DNA of 44,476 nt from a bacterium (GTDB taxonomy: Bacteria > SZUA-79 > Acidulodesulfobacterales > Acidulodesulfobacteraceae). The stretch is taken from contig JAJZYC010000001.1 in assembly GCA_021806125.1 (NCBI GenBank), positions 1-44,476 of the forward strand. The letters are read 5' to 3'. The notes beneath the pieces are model-generated. The model did no database searches. It saw only the letters and a program-made list of their open reading frames with translations, and was not told the origin of the DNA. This document shows, one piece after another, positions 1-9,181 of the stretch; positions within the stretch are counted from its first letter, which is position 1; each line of letters starts with the position of its first letter. The position numbers and the translations under genes were made by a program.

Positions 1-1034
1 ATATAATAGAGAGGCAGTTTCTTAAGGTTGTCTGCCGTTTCCGAAAAATCGTCTTCTGTTTCACCCGGAAAACCGCTTATTATATCCGTGCCTATCGAAG
101 CATCTTTAATTTTTTCGGTTATTTTTGCCGCAAGGGAAGCATAATCTTTAAAAGAGTAGTTCCTGTTCATAGATTTAAGTATTTTATCGGAAGCGCTCTG
201 AAGGGGAATATGAAAATGGTTTCTGATTTTTTTAGAAAGCGAAAATATTTTTATTATATCGTCGTCTATATAGACGGGGTCTATAGAACTCAGCCTTATT
301 TTTACGTCATTTTTCAGTTCTTCTATCGATGCAAGCAAAGTTTTAAGCTTCATATTAGAGTTTTTATCGTTATATGAACCTATATTGACGCCGGTCAAAA
401 TGACTTCTTTGCGCCCAAGCCTGCCGAATTCTTCTATCGAATTTAAAACGCTTTTTATATCCAAAGACCACTTTACAGGCCTTGCTTTAGGAATTATGCA
501 GTAGGAACATTCTAAATCGCATCCCTCCTGTATTTTTAAATAGGGCCTCGTTCTTTTTTGATTCAGTGCGATATCTGGAAATCTTTGCGACAAGATTTTT
601 AAAACCTCGGTTTTTTGAATATTGTCCATCAGCTTTATGCCCGGTATCTCAGAAAATTTAATTTTATTAAGCTGTGCCGAACAGCCTGTCAATAAAAGGC
701 GGCTGTGCGGATACTTTTTCCTTATTTTCCTAATTATTCTATCCGTTTCCGTATCAGCTTTTTCCGTAACGGTGCAGGTATTGACTAAAAAAAGGTCTAT
801 ATTGCCGCCGGAGCCGCGGAAGTCTACGACGTTTATATTCATCCGTTTAAATATCTCTTCAAACTGCGACGATTCGAACTGGTTCAGCTTGCAACCCGAA
901 GATATTACCGCACAGTTTATGGAGCCGCCTCCGCCGCTTAAGAATTCAATATCGTTTTCGCTTAACTGCATTAACCGCATTATAATATTATCGTCGGCAG
1001 TTTTAACATCGGCTTTCGTATTTAAATTTTTCAT
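1..1034 (-). CDS. Radical-SAM methylthiotransferase, MtaB/MiaB family (N-terminal part; C-terminus lies beyond the window start)
   Basis: Absent from the ORF track because it runs off the window. My reverse-complement translation from the ATG at 1034-1032 gives MKNLNTKADV..INCAVISSGCKLNQFESSQFEE..LFLVNTCTVTEKAD (methylthiotransferase N-domain), then IQEGCDLECSYCIIPKARP (CxxxCxxC radical-SAM motif). ATGA start/stop overlap with mnmA at 1031-1034. The + strand ORF 622..1041 is its antisense shadow. Confidence 0.8.
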   Translation of the reverse strand, partial: MKNLNTKADVKTADDNIIMRLMQLSENDIEFLSGGGGSINCAVISSGCKLNQFESSQFEEIFKRMNINVVDFRGSGGNIDLFLVNTCTVTEKADTETDRIIRKIRKKYPHSRLLLTGCSAQLNKIKFSEIPGIKLMDNIQKTEVLKILSQRFPDIALNQKRTRPYLKIQEGCDLECSYCIIPKARPVKWSLDIKSVLNSIEEFGRLGRKEVILTGVNIGSYNDKNSNMKLKTLLASIEELKNDVKIRLSSIDPVYIDDDIIKIFSLSKKIRNHFHIPLQSASDKILKSMNRNYSFKDYASLAAKITEKIKDASIGTDIISGFPGETEDDFSETADNLKKLPLYY

Positions 1035-2134
1035 TCTATAAATCCTCCGCCTATTACTTTGCTCCCCGAATATAAGACGGCGGATTGTCCGGGAGTAATA
1101 AATTTGACTTTGTCGTCGAATACGATTTTAACGGAGCCGTCTTGAGAAACGGTTGCACTGCACTTATAATCAGGCGACGAATATCTTATTTTTGCGGTCG
1201 TTTTCATTTCATGCAGCCTGTTTTTATCTTCTGGATTTATAAAATTAAAATCTTTAACCGTTAAAATTTCCGAGAAGCAGTCTTCTAAATTTCCGACGAT
1301 TATTTCATTGTCTTCGGCGGAAATTCGAACGACGTAAAGAGGGTTCTTAGATGAAATGCCTAATTTTTTCCTCTGACCTACCGTATAATTAAAAATACCG
1401 TTGTGTTCTCCGATTATTTCGCCATTTAAATTTTTTATAAATCCCTTATTTGAAGAATCGTCCGAAAGATTTCCTGAACGTTTTTTGATAAATCCTGAAT
1501 AATTTTTATCGGGAACGAAACATATCTCTACGCTGTCTTTTTTGCCGGATATTCTGTCGAATCCGGCATCTGAGGCAATTTTTCTCGTTTGCGGCTTATT
1601 TAAATTGCCCACGGGAAACATTATTTCTTTAAGATTTTCCTGAGATAAATTGTAAAGAACGTAAGACTGGTCTTTTGATAAATCTTTAGATTTCAAAAGA
1701 AAATATTTTCCCTCTTTATTCCTTGTTATTCTTGCATAGTGTCCCGTCGCAAGAGATACCGCACCCAATTCTTTTATTCTTTTAAGAAGCAGGTCGAATT
1801 TCATAACGCAGTTGCATAAAATACAGGGGTTGGGAGTCTTTCCATTAAGATATTCAGAAACGAAACGGTCTATTACCGCAGTTTTAAATTCGTTTTCAAG
1901 GTTTATTACGAAATGGGGTATGCCTATTTTTACGCAAACCCTTTTTGCGTCGATTATATCTTCCGTACTGCAACAAGTCTTTAAGTCCGCCGAAGCGTTA
2001 ATATCTTTGGAAATTAAATGCATGGAAACGCCTATTACGGAATACCCCCTGTTTTTAAGAATTATGGCGCTAACAGAACTGTCCACACCGCCGGACATTG
2101 CAACAGCTACGGTTTTGTTAGATTTTATAAGCAT
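1031..2134 (-). CDS. mnmA: tRNA-specific 2-thiouridylase MnmA
   Basis: 367 aa. N-terminal PP-loop VAVAMSGGVDSSVSA, catalytic-Cys region NPCILCN, typical MnmA length and C-terminus. Confidence 0.92.
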   Translation of the reverse strand: MLIKSNKTVAVAMSGGVDSSVSAIILKNRGYSVIGVSMHLISKDINASADLKTCCSTEDIIDAKRVCVKIGIPHFVINLENEFKTAVIDRFVSEYLNGKTPNPCILCNCVMKFDLLLKRIKELGAVSLATGHYARITRNKEGKYFLLKSKDLSKDQSYVLYNLSQENLKEIMFPVGNLNKPQTRKIASDAGFDRISGKKDSVEICFVPDKNYSGFIKKRSGNLSDDSSNKGFIKNLNGEIIGEHNGIFNYTVGQRKKLGISSKNPLYVVRISAEDNEIIVGNLEDCFSEILTVKDFNFINPEDKNRLHEMKTTAKIRYSSPDYKCSATVSQDGSVKIVFDDKVKFITPGQSAVLYSGSKVIGGGFIE

Positions 2135-2155
2135 ATTATAGGCAGTTTATTTTTT

Positions 2156-3325
2156 TTATGCGGGATTAGTTCTTAATTTTAATACGCCTTTTTTTATAGC
2201 GCTGACCGCATAATCTATATCGTCCTCTTTAGTGAATCTGCCAATGCTGAATCTTATAGCCGATTCTATTCTTTTAGCATCGTATCCGTGAGCTTTTAAA
2301 ACATGGGATAAGGAAACGGCTCCGGCATTACATGCCGAACCGGCGGAGGCGCTGATTCCGTAAAGGTCGAGGTTGAAAAGCAGGGTTTCCGATTTTACCC
2401 CGTCGAAAGATACGTTAATAGTATTTTTAAGCCTGTTCACGGGATGGCCGTTAAGCCTTATGCCTTCTATGCCGTAAAAAAGCTTATCTAAAAAAATACT
2501 TCCGAGATTATTTATTCTGTTTAATTCTTCGTTCATAACGTTTTTTAGAATATTTAAGCCTTTTGCCATCGAAACTATGCCGCCTATGTTTTCCGTCCCC
2601 GCCCTTAGCCCCCGCTCTTGATGCCCGCCGTGTATTATGGGGTCTATGTTTGTCCCTTTTTTCACGTATAAAGCCCCGCAGCCTTTTAACGCATAAAACT
2701 TATGTCCCGAAAAACTGCATAAATCCAGAGGAACGTCTTTGAGGCTGAAATGGCTTTTTCCGATAACCTGGACTAAGTCGCTGTGAAAAAGCACGTCTTC
2801 CTTGACTTTTTTTACTTCTTCAAATATTTGTTTTAAGGGAAATATCGTACCGGTTTCATTATTGGCGCCCATTATAGATATCAGAACGGTATTTTCCTTT
2901 ATGGAGGACAGCAGGTCTTCCAACAGCAGTCCGCCAAATTCGTTTACGCCTATGTATGAAGTTTCGACGCCTTCCGATTCTAAAAATTTAAAGGTATTAA
3001 GAACTGCCGGGTGTTCTACGCGCGAGGCAATAATGTGCGGTTTGGATTTTTTGTTTTTTCGCATATGCGCATAAACTGAGCCGGTTATAGCAAGATTAAC
3101 GGATTCCGAACCGGATGCAGTAAAAATAATGTCGCCTGAATTCCCTGCGTCTAAAAACGATTTTATATATTCCCTCGAATCCTCGATAAGAATTCTTGCT
3201 GCCCTCCCTTCTTCGTAAACAGAAGAAGGGTTTCCGGGATAGTTCTTCAGCGCATCCGTTACTTCCACTAAAACCAAAGGGTCCAAAGGAGTAGTCGCAT
3301 TATAGTCTAAATAAATTCTCGGCAT
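2156..3325 (-). CDS. Cysteine desulfurase, NifS/IscS/YrvO-type (PLP-dependent)
   Basis: 389 aa. PLP-lysine context FSGHKFYALKG and active-site loop SAGSACNAG. Lies between an Rrf2 regulator and mnmA, as in the Bacillus cymR-yrvO-mnmA arrangement. Confidence 0.9.
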   Translation of the reverse strand: MPRIYLDYNATTPLDPLVLVEVTDALKNYPGNPSSVYEEGRAARILIEDSREYIKSFLDAGNSGDIIFTASGSESVNLAITGSVYAHMRKNKKSKPHIIASRVEHPAVLNTFKFLESEGVETSYIGVNEFGGLLLEDLLSSIKENTVLISIMGANNETGTIFPLKQIFEEVKKVKEDVLFHSDLVQVIGKSHFSLKDVPLDLCSFSGHKFYALKGCGALYVKKGTNIDPIIHGGHQERGLRAGTENIGGIVSMAKGLNILKNVMNEELNRINNLGSIFLDKLFYGIEGIRLNGHPVNRLKNTINVSFDGVKSETLLFNLDLYGISASAGSACNAGAVSLSHVLKAHGYDAKRIESAIRFSIGRFTKEDDIDYAVSAIKKGVLKLRTNPA

Positions 3326-3348
3326 ATATGTCCTGTCTTAATTAAGTT

Positions 3349-3825
3349 TCAGCAATTTTTTGTGCCTGCCCCGGCTGTTTTTTTCGGCAGTTTATGCTTC
3401 TGTTTCTGCTTATATTCGCTTATTACGTCTTCTATGGTTATCGAATTTAAAAACTCGGTAATTTTATTGGATATAGAATTCCACATATCGAAAGCAAGAC
3501 ATGTCGATCTTCTGCCGCATTCCTTTTTATTTTTAGATTTGCTTATACAGCTTATAATTTCGATAGGTTCTACCGAAGATATTATGTCGCCTATAAGTAT
3601 TTCGGAAGGCTTTTTATTAAGAAGATACCCTCCGTTCGGCCCTCTTAGGCTCCTGACTATACCGGCTTTTTTTAAAATAAAAAATATCTGTTCGAGATAG
3701 TGCAGGGATATAGATTCTCTCGCCGCAATATCTTTTAAACTTATAGGGACGGAGTTATCGTCCGAATTATATGATAAATCTATTAACGCCCTTACGGCGT
3801 ATTGTCCTTTAGAAGAAAGTTTCAT
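3349..3825 (-). CDS. Rrf2-family transcriptional regulator (IscR/CymR-like)
   Basis: 158 aa. N-terminal MKLSSKGQYAVRALIDL and wHTH ISLHYLEQIF are typical of Rrf2. Three Cys (SCISKSKNKKECGRRSTC) could ligate an Fe-S cluster. Confidence 0.88.
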   Translation of the reverse strand: MKLSSKGQYAVRALIDLSYNSDDNSVPISLKDIAARESISLHYLEQIFFILKKAGIVRSLRGPNGGYLLNKKPSEILIGDIISSVEPIEIISCISKSKNKKECGRRSTCLAFDMWNSISNKITEFLNSITIEDVISEYKQKQKHKLPKKTAGAGTKNC

Positions 3826-3846
3826 ATTTTAATTGAGTTTTATAAT

Positions 3847-4503
3847 TTATTTCTTATTTTGACTGGATTCGATTTCCCTAATTCTATTCTCAAGTTCCGA
3901 TATTTTCGATTTTAAAAGGGAAATTTCATAAAAAGCCGGGTCGAATAGCCTGTTATGCTCAAGATCTATATTGTCGTGAACCTCGGACTCGTCCCTTTTT
4001 GCGGATTTTGCGGGTATTCCGACTACGGTTGAATGTGCAGGAACGGCATTTACCACTACGGAATTTGCACCTATTTTAGAATCGTGTTCTATCGTCAAAG
4101 GCCCGAGTATTTTTGCTCCGGTTCCTATTATAACCCTGTCTCCTATAGTAGGATGCCTTTTTTCTTTTTTCCAGCTTGTTCCGCCAAGGGTAACTCCGTG
4201 ATAAATAGTAACGTCGTCGCCTATTTCGGCGGTTTCGCCTATCACGACCCCCATGCCGTGGTCTATAAAAAACCTTCTTCCGATTTTTGCTCCGGGATGA
4301 ATTTCAATCCCGGTCAAAAACCTGCCGGCCTGCGAAACGAGCCTCGCAAAGAGCTTGCACTTATGTTCCCATAGAAAACGGGAAATCTTATGTATATAAA
4401 CGGCGTGCAGGCCCGGGTAGCATGTAATAACTTCCAGAGCGTTTCTTGCCGCAGGGTCTCTTTCGTAAACCGAATTTATATCTTCCTTTAAAGTCTTAAA
4501 CAT
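3847..4503 (-). CDS. cysE: Serine O-acetyltransferase
   Basis: 218 aa. DPAARN..LEV..YPG N-terminal SAT motif, then hexapeptide-repeat region [44 protein letters not shown]. Confidence 0.92.
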   Translation of the reverse strand: MFKTLKEDINSVYERDPAARNALEVITCYPGLHAVYIHKISRFLWEHKCKLFARLVSQAGRFLTGIEIHPGAKIGRRFFIDHGMGVVIGETAEIGDDVTIYHGVTLGGTSWKKEKRHPTIGDRVIIGTGAKILGPLTIEHDSKIGANSVVVNAVPAHSTVVGIPAKSAKRDESEVHDNIDLEHNRLFDPAFYEISLLKSKISELENRIREIESSQNKK

Positions 4504-4809
4504 CCAAAATAATATTTTAACACGGTGAAAAATAATTATATATGTTATTAATAATATAACAGAAATACAAATAATTTAAAAGCCCGGTCCCCATTTCGTA
4601 TAACTTTTGAAATCTCAGTTTGCAAACAATATATAAATACGGCATGAACGGCTGTCTCCGCGATGAGGCGTTTGCGGCAGATAATTTTTTAAATTTTTAA
4701 TATTTAGTTTATAATTTATTTAAAAAACATGTATATAATAAAATAATACAAGTCAGGATAAAATATTCCGGATGAGTTTATTAAAATTAAAATTATTAAG
4801 GAGACAATC

Positions 4810-5289
4810 ATGAAAGCGTTTATTAAGGGACTTAGGCCTCACCAAAAGCACGTCATGCTTTTTGTATTTTTAGCATTAATATTATCTTTTCTGGCGTTTA
4901 GCCGTACATCTTACGGCTTTAACGGAATGCGCAAACAAATGCATAATTGCATGCATATGAAATCGGGGAAATTTTTTAGGCTGGCTAAAGAATTGCATCT
5001 TTCTAAATTTCAGATGAGAAAACTGCGGAAATTAAACCGTATAAATTTTAAAAAGATGATGAAAGGAAGAAAAATGATGAAATCTCCGATGATTGAGGCT
5101 ATAAAAAACGGTTCTTTTAATAAAGCCGTTTTTGAATCCACCGCCTTAGGAAACATGAAATTAATGCTTAAAATGAGAGCGTCAAGAATGGAAAATTTTT
5201 ATAATATATTGACGCCTAAACAAAGAAAAGAGTTTCTTATAATCTTAAATATCAAAAAAGGCGACTGGAGATGGAATAACGGCAGATAG
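4810..5289 (+). CDS. Periplasmic LTxxQ-motif protein (CpxP/Spy/ZraP family-like), Met/His-rich
   Basis: 159 aa. Strong RBS (AAGGAG) and a signal-anchor-like N-terminus. LTPKQRKEF (LTxxQ) near the C-terminus and a weaker LSKFQMRKL earlier. Met/His patch MRKQMHNCMHMKSG. Confidence 0.6.
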   Translation: MKAFIKGLRPHQKHVMLFVFLALILSFLAFSRTSYGFNGMRKQMHNCMHMKSGKFFRLAKELHLSKFQMRKLRKLNRINFKKMMKGRKMMKSPMIEAIKNGSFNKAVFESTALGNMKLMLKMRASRMENFYNILTPKQRKEFLIILNIKKGDWRWNNGR

Positions 5290-5360
5290 AAACAAGGCAG
5301 TTTTCTATACTATTATAACAGTCTGCACTGAGGATTTTAAAACTGTTTGCAGTTAGGATT

Positions 5361-5394
5361 AAGACGCCGCGGGGTGACTACGCGGCGTCTTTTA
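5361..5394 (+). terminator. Rho-independent terminator after the LTxxQ gene
   Basis: AAGACGCCGCG / GGGTGACTA / CGCGGCGTCTT, an 11-bp GC-rich stem followed by a T-run. Confidence 0.7.
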
Positions 5395-5425
5395 TAAGAA
5401 GACATTTTTAAATTAAATAATTTTT

Positions 5426-6100
5426 ATGCTCATGATAAAAATAATAATGATAGAAGACGATGAAGAAATAGCCTCCCTGCTTAAAGAATATCTTCTTAAA
5501 TTCAATATGGAAATTGTTAATTTTAAGGATGCGGCAACCGGGATAGAAGCGCTTAAAAAATACTATTTCGATATTTTAATCTTAGACCTTACTCTGCCTG
5601 ATATGGACGGATTGGAAGTCTGCAAAATTGTTTCGACGGCATCCGATATGCCGATAATAATATCTTCGGCAAGAAATGACGACACCGATATAGTTTCAGG
5701 GCTTGAACTCGGCGCCGACGATTATGTGGCAAAGCCTTATAATCCGCGGGAGCTTGTAGCAAGGATAAGGTCCGTTATTAGAAGGAACGATAAAAAATCG
5801 GCGGAAATTATCGCTAAAGTTTTTGATGTCGATGAATCGGCTATGACCGTAAAAAAAGAAGGGGTTGTTTTAGACCTGACATCTGCCGAATACGAGCTGT
5901 TTACTATGCTGTTTAAAAATAAGGGAAGGGTTGTATCGAGAGATTATATCCTTGAAAATTCAAAAACGATGAATCTGGAAAGCATAGACAGAAGCGTCGA
6001 TGTAATAATCGGAAGGCTAAGAAAAAAAATTTCCGACGACCCCAAAAATCCAAAATATATAAAATCTATCAGAGGCTTCGGATATAAATTCGATGAATAG
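5426..6100 (+). CDS. OmpR/PhoB-family response regulator (receiver + winged-helix)
   Basis: 224 aa. IMIEDDEE, ILDLTLPDMDG, and C-terminal winged-helix LTSAEYELFTMLF..IKSIRGFGYKF. The real start may be the ATG at 5432. Confidence 0.9.
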   Translation: MLMIKIIMIEDDEEIASLLKEYLLKFNMEIVNFKDAATGIEALKKYYFDILILDLTLPDMDGLEVCKIVSTASDMPIIISSARNDDTDIVSGLELGADDYVAKPYNPRELVARIRSVIRRNDKKSAEIIAKVFDVDESAMTVKKEGVVLDLTSAEYELFTMLFKNKGRVVSRDYILENSKTMNLESIDRSVDVIIGRLRKKISDDPKNPKYIKSIRGFGYKFDE

Positions 6101-7316
6101 GCATTCGGTTTTATTTAAAATAAATATCGTTTTTATTATAATCTTTACGATACTGCTGTCATTTTTTATTTTAGTGCGCAGGGCAATCAACCGCACGGAA
6201 ATGTTTCATTTTATAAGGCAGACGGTGTTTCTGGCAAAGACGGGCGCAATACGGGAAAATAAATCAAACAGCATCATTCCGGTAAAAAGCCGGAAAACCG
6301 AGGATGTAATTTTAAAAACAGGCACGGTAGTCTTTAAGAAAAGAATGCCGAAGCTAAGATACTATATAGAATTATTGAAGTTTAACGGAGGCGAATACTT
6401 ATATTTGCAGTCAAAAAGCGGAAATATTTTAGTGAAAAGAAACGAAAGCGCCAATCCGCAGAGAATTTTGCTTTTTGTCTGGGCAGGGCTAAATCTTATA
6501 CTTGTTTTCTTATATATCGGCATATACCGGTCGATACTGCCGCTGAGTAAGTTCAGGGAAAAAATGGAAGAATTTAAAAAGGGGAATATGAATATCGATT
6601 TAGAGGAATATGTAAAAAGGAAAGACGAAATTGGATATATAGCAAGAGAACTTAAAGATGCCGTTAATAATATTAAAAGAAATTTAAACGCCAGAGTATG
6701 GTTTATAAGAAATATCGCCCATGAACTTAAAACTCCTATAACCAAAGGAAAGATAGCGCTTGAGCTTTTAGAAAACGAAAAAGCCGATAAGAAAAAAATA
6801 TTTTCGAACATATTCGCAAGACTTGAATTGCTCATAAATGAACTTTTTGCTGCGGAAAAAATAGCAATTGCCGGCGTAAAACTTAATATGTCCCCGTGCA
6901 GTTTAGACGATATAATAGGCAAAGCCGAGACGCTTCTTTTTACCGATAATTTAGATTCTAAAGTCGGTTTGACCGCCGACAGAGATTACATAATCAGAGG
7001 CGATTCCGAAATGCTTGTTATAGCGGTTAAGAACCTGCTCGACAACGGAATTAAATTCAGCGGCGATAAAAGCGTGGCCGTTAAAATAGAAAAAGGCATA
7101 TTGACTTTTGCTAATAGCGGAAATAAGCCGTCAATATCCGAGGATCTTATTTTTGAACCGTTTTTAAAAGACCAATCCGTAAAAAATAAAGACGGTTTCG
7201 GTCTCGGCTTATATATAACAAAACAAATACTTGAGAAGCACGGTCTCGGTATAATATACTGTTATAAAGAAGGTAAAAATATATTTTCTATAGACATAAA
7301 CTCTTTACTGATATAA
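6093..7316 (+). CDS. Sensor histidine kinase (two TM segments, HisKA/HATPase)
   Basis: 407 aa. H-box RNIAHELKTPIT, N-box LLDNGIKFS, G-box GFGLGLYITKQI. The ATG overlaps the stop of the response regulator. Confidence 0.88.
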   Translation: MNRHSVLFKINIVFIIIFTILLSFFILVRRAINRTEMFHFIRQTVFLAKTGAIRENKSNSIIPVKSRKTEDVILKTGTVVFKKRMPKLRYYIELLKFNGGEYLYLQSKSGNILVKRNESANPQRILLFVWAGLNLILVFLYIGIYRSILPLSKFREKMEEFKKGNMNIDLEEYVKRKDEIGYIARELKDAVNNIKRNLNARVWFIRNIAHELKTPITKGKIALELLENEKADKKKIFSNIFARLELLINELFAAEKIAIAGVKLNMSPCSLDDIIGKAETLLFTDNLDSKVGLTADRDYIIRGDSEMLVIAVKNLLDNGIKFSGDKSVAVKIEKGILTFANSGNKPSISEDLIFEPFLKDQSVKNKDGFGLGLYITKQILEKHGLGIIYCYKEGKNIFSIDINSLLI

Positions 7317-7354
7317 AAGTTTATATTTATTAATTTTATTTAGAGGTAAAAAAG

Positions 7355-7929
7355 ATGAAAAAATTTGTTGATATTTTACTTAAGAGCCTTATGTTTATTC
7401 TATTTGCATCATCGATTATTATTGCGTTATGTTATAGCGGCAAATCCTACGCCGCTAACAATTCGACTACCGTATTTGTGTATCCTAAAGGAAATGTATC
7501 CGCCAATATTATAAACATATTAAAGGTAAACGGATACATAATAGTAACGTCTCCGCAAAATGCAAATTACGTCATAAATTACGGACAGATTAATAAGCCG
7601 GGCAAGGAAACGACTTTACTTGTAGTTCCGAACTGAAATATATCGAGCAATATTTTAAGCGTATTGCAATCAAACGGCTACAACGTTGTTGTAATACCTT
7701 CCCAGAATGCGGCTGAATATCCCGCCGCTACATCTCCTCAGCCGGTTGTCGTTCCCGAACCTTATCCTTATCAGGTTCCGTATCCGTATCGTATCCGTAT
7801 TACGCCTACCCTTATCCTGATTATTTGGTTCCCGGCATTTTAGGCAGAGTTATTATAGGAGGCTTTTTATACCGTGGCTGGGGAGGTTTCAGAGGGAGAG
7901 ACGGTTTCGCATTTCACGGCAGACGATAA
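7355..7929 (+). pseudogene. Secreted tandem-repeat / Pro-Tyr-rich protein, interrupted by an in-frame TGA (7634-7636) and a 1-nt deletion near 7790; the intact 5' ORF is 7355..7636
   Basis: RBS GAGG plus signal peptide (..SGKSYA). The module VYPKGNVSANIINILKVNGYIIVTSPQNANY recurs right after the stop as VVPN*NISSNILSVLQSNGYNVVVIPSQNAAEY. Beyond the slip in CCGTATCCGTAT-CGTATCCGTAT the reading continues in another frame: YPYYAYPYPDY..GRR, stop at 7927-7929. Confidence 0.55.
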
Positions 7930-7980
7930 AATGACGATGAAATACAAAATTACCTGAAACATTTACTTGCAGTCGATTAA

Positions 7981-9090
7981 TCAATAATATAATATTCTTT
8001 TCAAAGGGCTTAAAAATTTGTGAAATTTGCGCAGAGCTTTTCCGGCTATTAGTGGAAGATTGCTTATTTTAAGAGCTTTGTTTATCAATATCTCGACGTC
8101 GGCAGGATAATCGTTATAGCGGCTATATTTATTAATTTGCCGTGTTTCAGGCAGGGCGCAGTATTCATTATAATTTGACAGAGCTAAACCATAATTATTA
8201 TCGAGGCGGACATTGAACCGCCTAAATTTTTCAATAAACGGTTGCGTTTCTATTCGGCATAAGTAAGGCGCAACCTGATATTCAACAGAAGGAGGAATCG
8301 GCCAGCTTATAATATGATTTCTGCCGATTTGCTTCAGTTTGTCGGTTATTTCCATTGTTGATGCCGTCTTGTTGTAATATTCTAAAGCGACAGACTTTAT
8401 TAGCGGCAAGGTTTTATTTATTAAATTAGCACGTTTAACCGGTCTTGGATTTGAGTATAAGCCGCACAAACCGACCGCCTTAAAAAATGCCGGCTCTTCC
8501 GGATATACATATTGCGTGCAGCGTATGTTTTTTTCGCCGAATACTTCCGCAAACCCCTTTATTATATCCTCATATATAAATGAAAATATTTCTAAATTTT
8601 CCGTACGGTTATAAATAAATTTACCGGAATCTAAAATTTCTTCCGCATATTCTTAAAAAGTTATATCCAGTCAGTATTTGAGCAGTTCCCTGTATAGTTT
8701 TTCCATATACGAAATCTGATTCCTTAAGAATATTATTACTTCCGTGATATAGCCATACCGCTCAAAACAATTATTTAAAATTCGGAGCTTATCGGGTTTA
8801 GAATATAAGCACTGCAAACTTTCCGAACTGATTATTACGGTAGGAAAATTAGTTTTTTTTATCTCTGCGCAGAGGTCTTCAAGCGTGCCGTATTTCTTTT
8901 TAAAAGTCTTAGTATCATTGTTCAGCTGAGCTTCAATATTGTGGTGTCCGCCAAATTTGCCTAATCTTCCGGCACAAGGATATAGCACTCCGTTGTCCTT
9001 AAGATATTTATCGTTAATGGAAAGCGTACTCTGTAAAGCCGTAGTACCGGTTTTATGGGTTCCGATATGCAGGATTATTTTCTTTTTCAT
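7981..9090 (-). pseudogene. Sulfotransferase-family-like protein gene disrupted by two in-frame stop codons
   Basis: ORFs 8671..9090 and 7981..8469 are in the same frame (gap 201 nt). My translation across the gap reads ..YRELLKY-TGA-LDITF-TAA-EYAEEILDSGKFIYNRTENLEIFSFIYEDIIKGFAEVFGEKNIRCTQYVYPEEPAFFKAVGLCGLYS.. The N-terminal HIGTHKTGTTALQ resembles the PAPS 5'-phosphosulfate-binding loop of sulfotransferases. The downstream ORF has only a TTG start and no RBS. Confidence 0.6.
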
Positions 9091-9181
9091 GATTTTATAA
9101 TATTTAATTTATATTTTTATATTATAAAACCGTAATTTAAACTGAATATTAATAGACTACAAATGAAGCAATAAGATAATA

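Noticed and set aside
622-1041. 139-aa + strand ORF at the window start
   Set aside because: It lies antisense to a clearly recognisable radical-SAM methylthiotransferase reading frame on the minus strand. The product is low-complexity and hydrophobic with no motifs.
4504-4809. Possible riboswitch, T-box or small RNA in the 306-nt cysE / LTxxQ divergent region (weak hairpin plus T-run around 4650-4700)
   Set aside because: I could recognise no T-box specifier/antiterminator or SAM/Cys-related riboswitch core. The hairpin needs a bulge and has only about 7 bp. A possible TTGCAA-N17-TATACG promoter for cysE on the minus strand is equally weak.
7634-7636. UGA reassigned to glycine (genetic code 25), suggested by a TGA aligning with GGA in the internal repeat and by SoxY stopping (42433-42435) where canonical SoxY has Gly
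   Set aside because: About 40 conserved genes in the window translate to full family-typical lengths with no internal TGA. TGA also ends several well-conserved proteins at expected positions (mnmA, the Rrf2 regulator, ruvB, soxZ). Gene content (LPS, Hdr, Sox) does not fit the known code-25 lineages either. The standard code fits.
7634-7680. Selenocysteine insertion at the in-frame TGA of the secreted repeat protein
   Set aside because: Only a weak AT-only hairpin (AAATAT..ATATTT) follows the TGA, with no convincing SECIS-like stem-loop. The paralogous position is Gly, not Cys, and a frameshift further downstream also breaks the gene.
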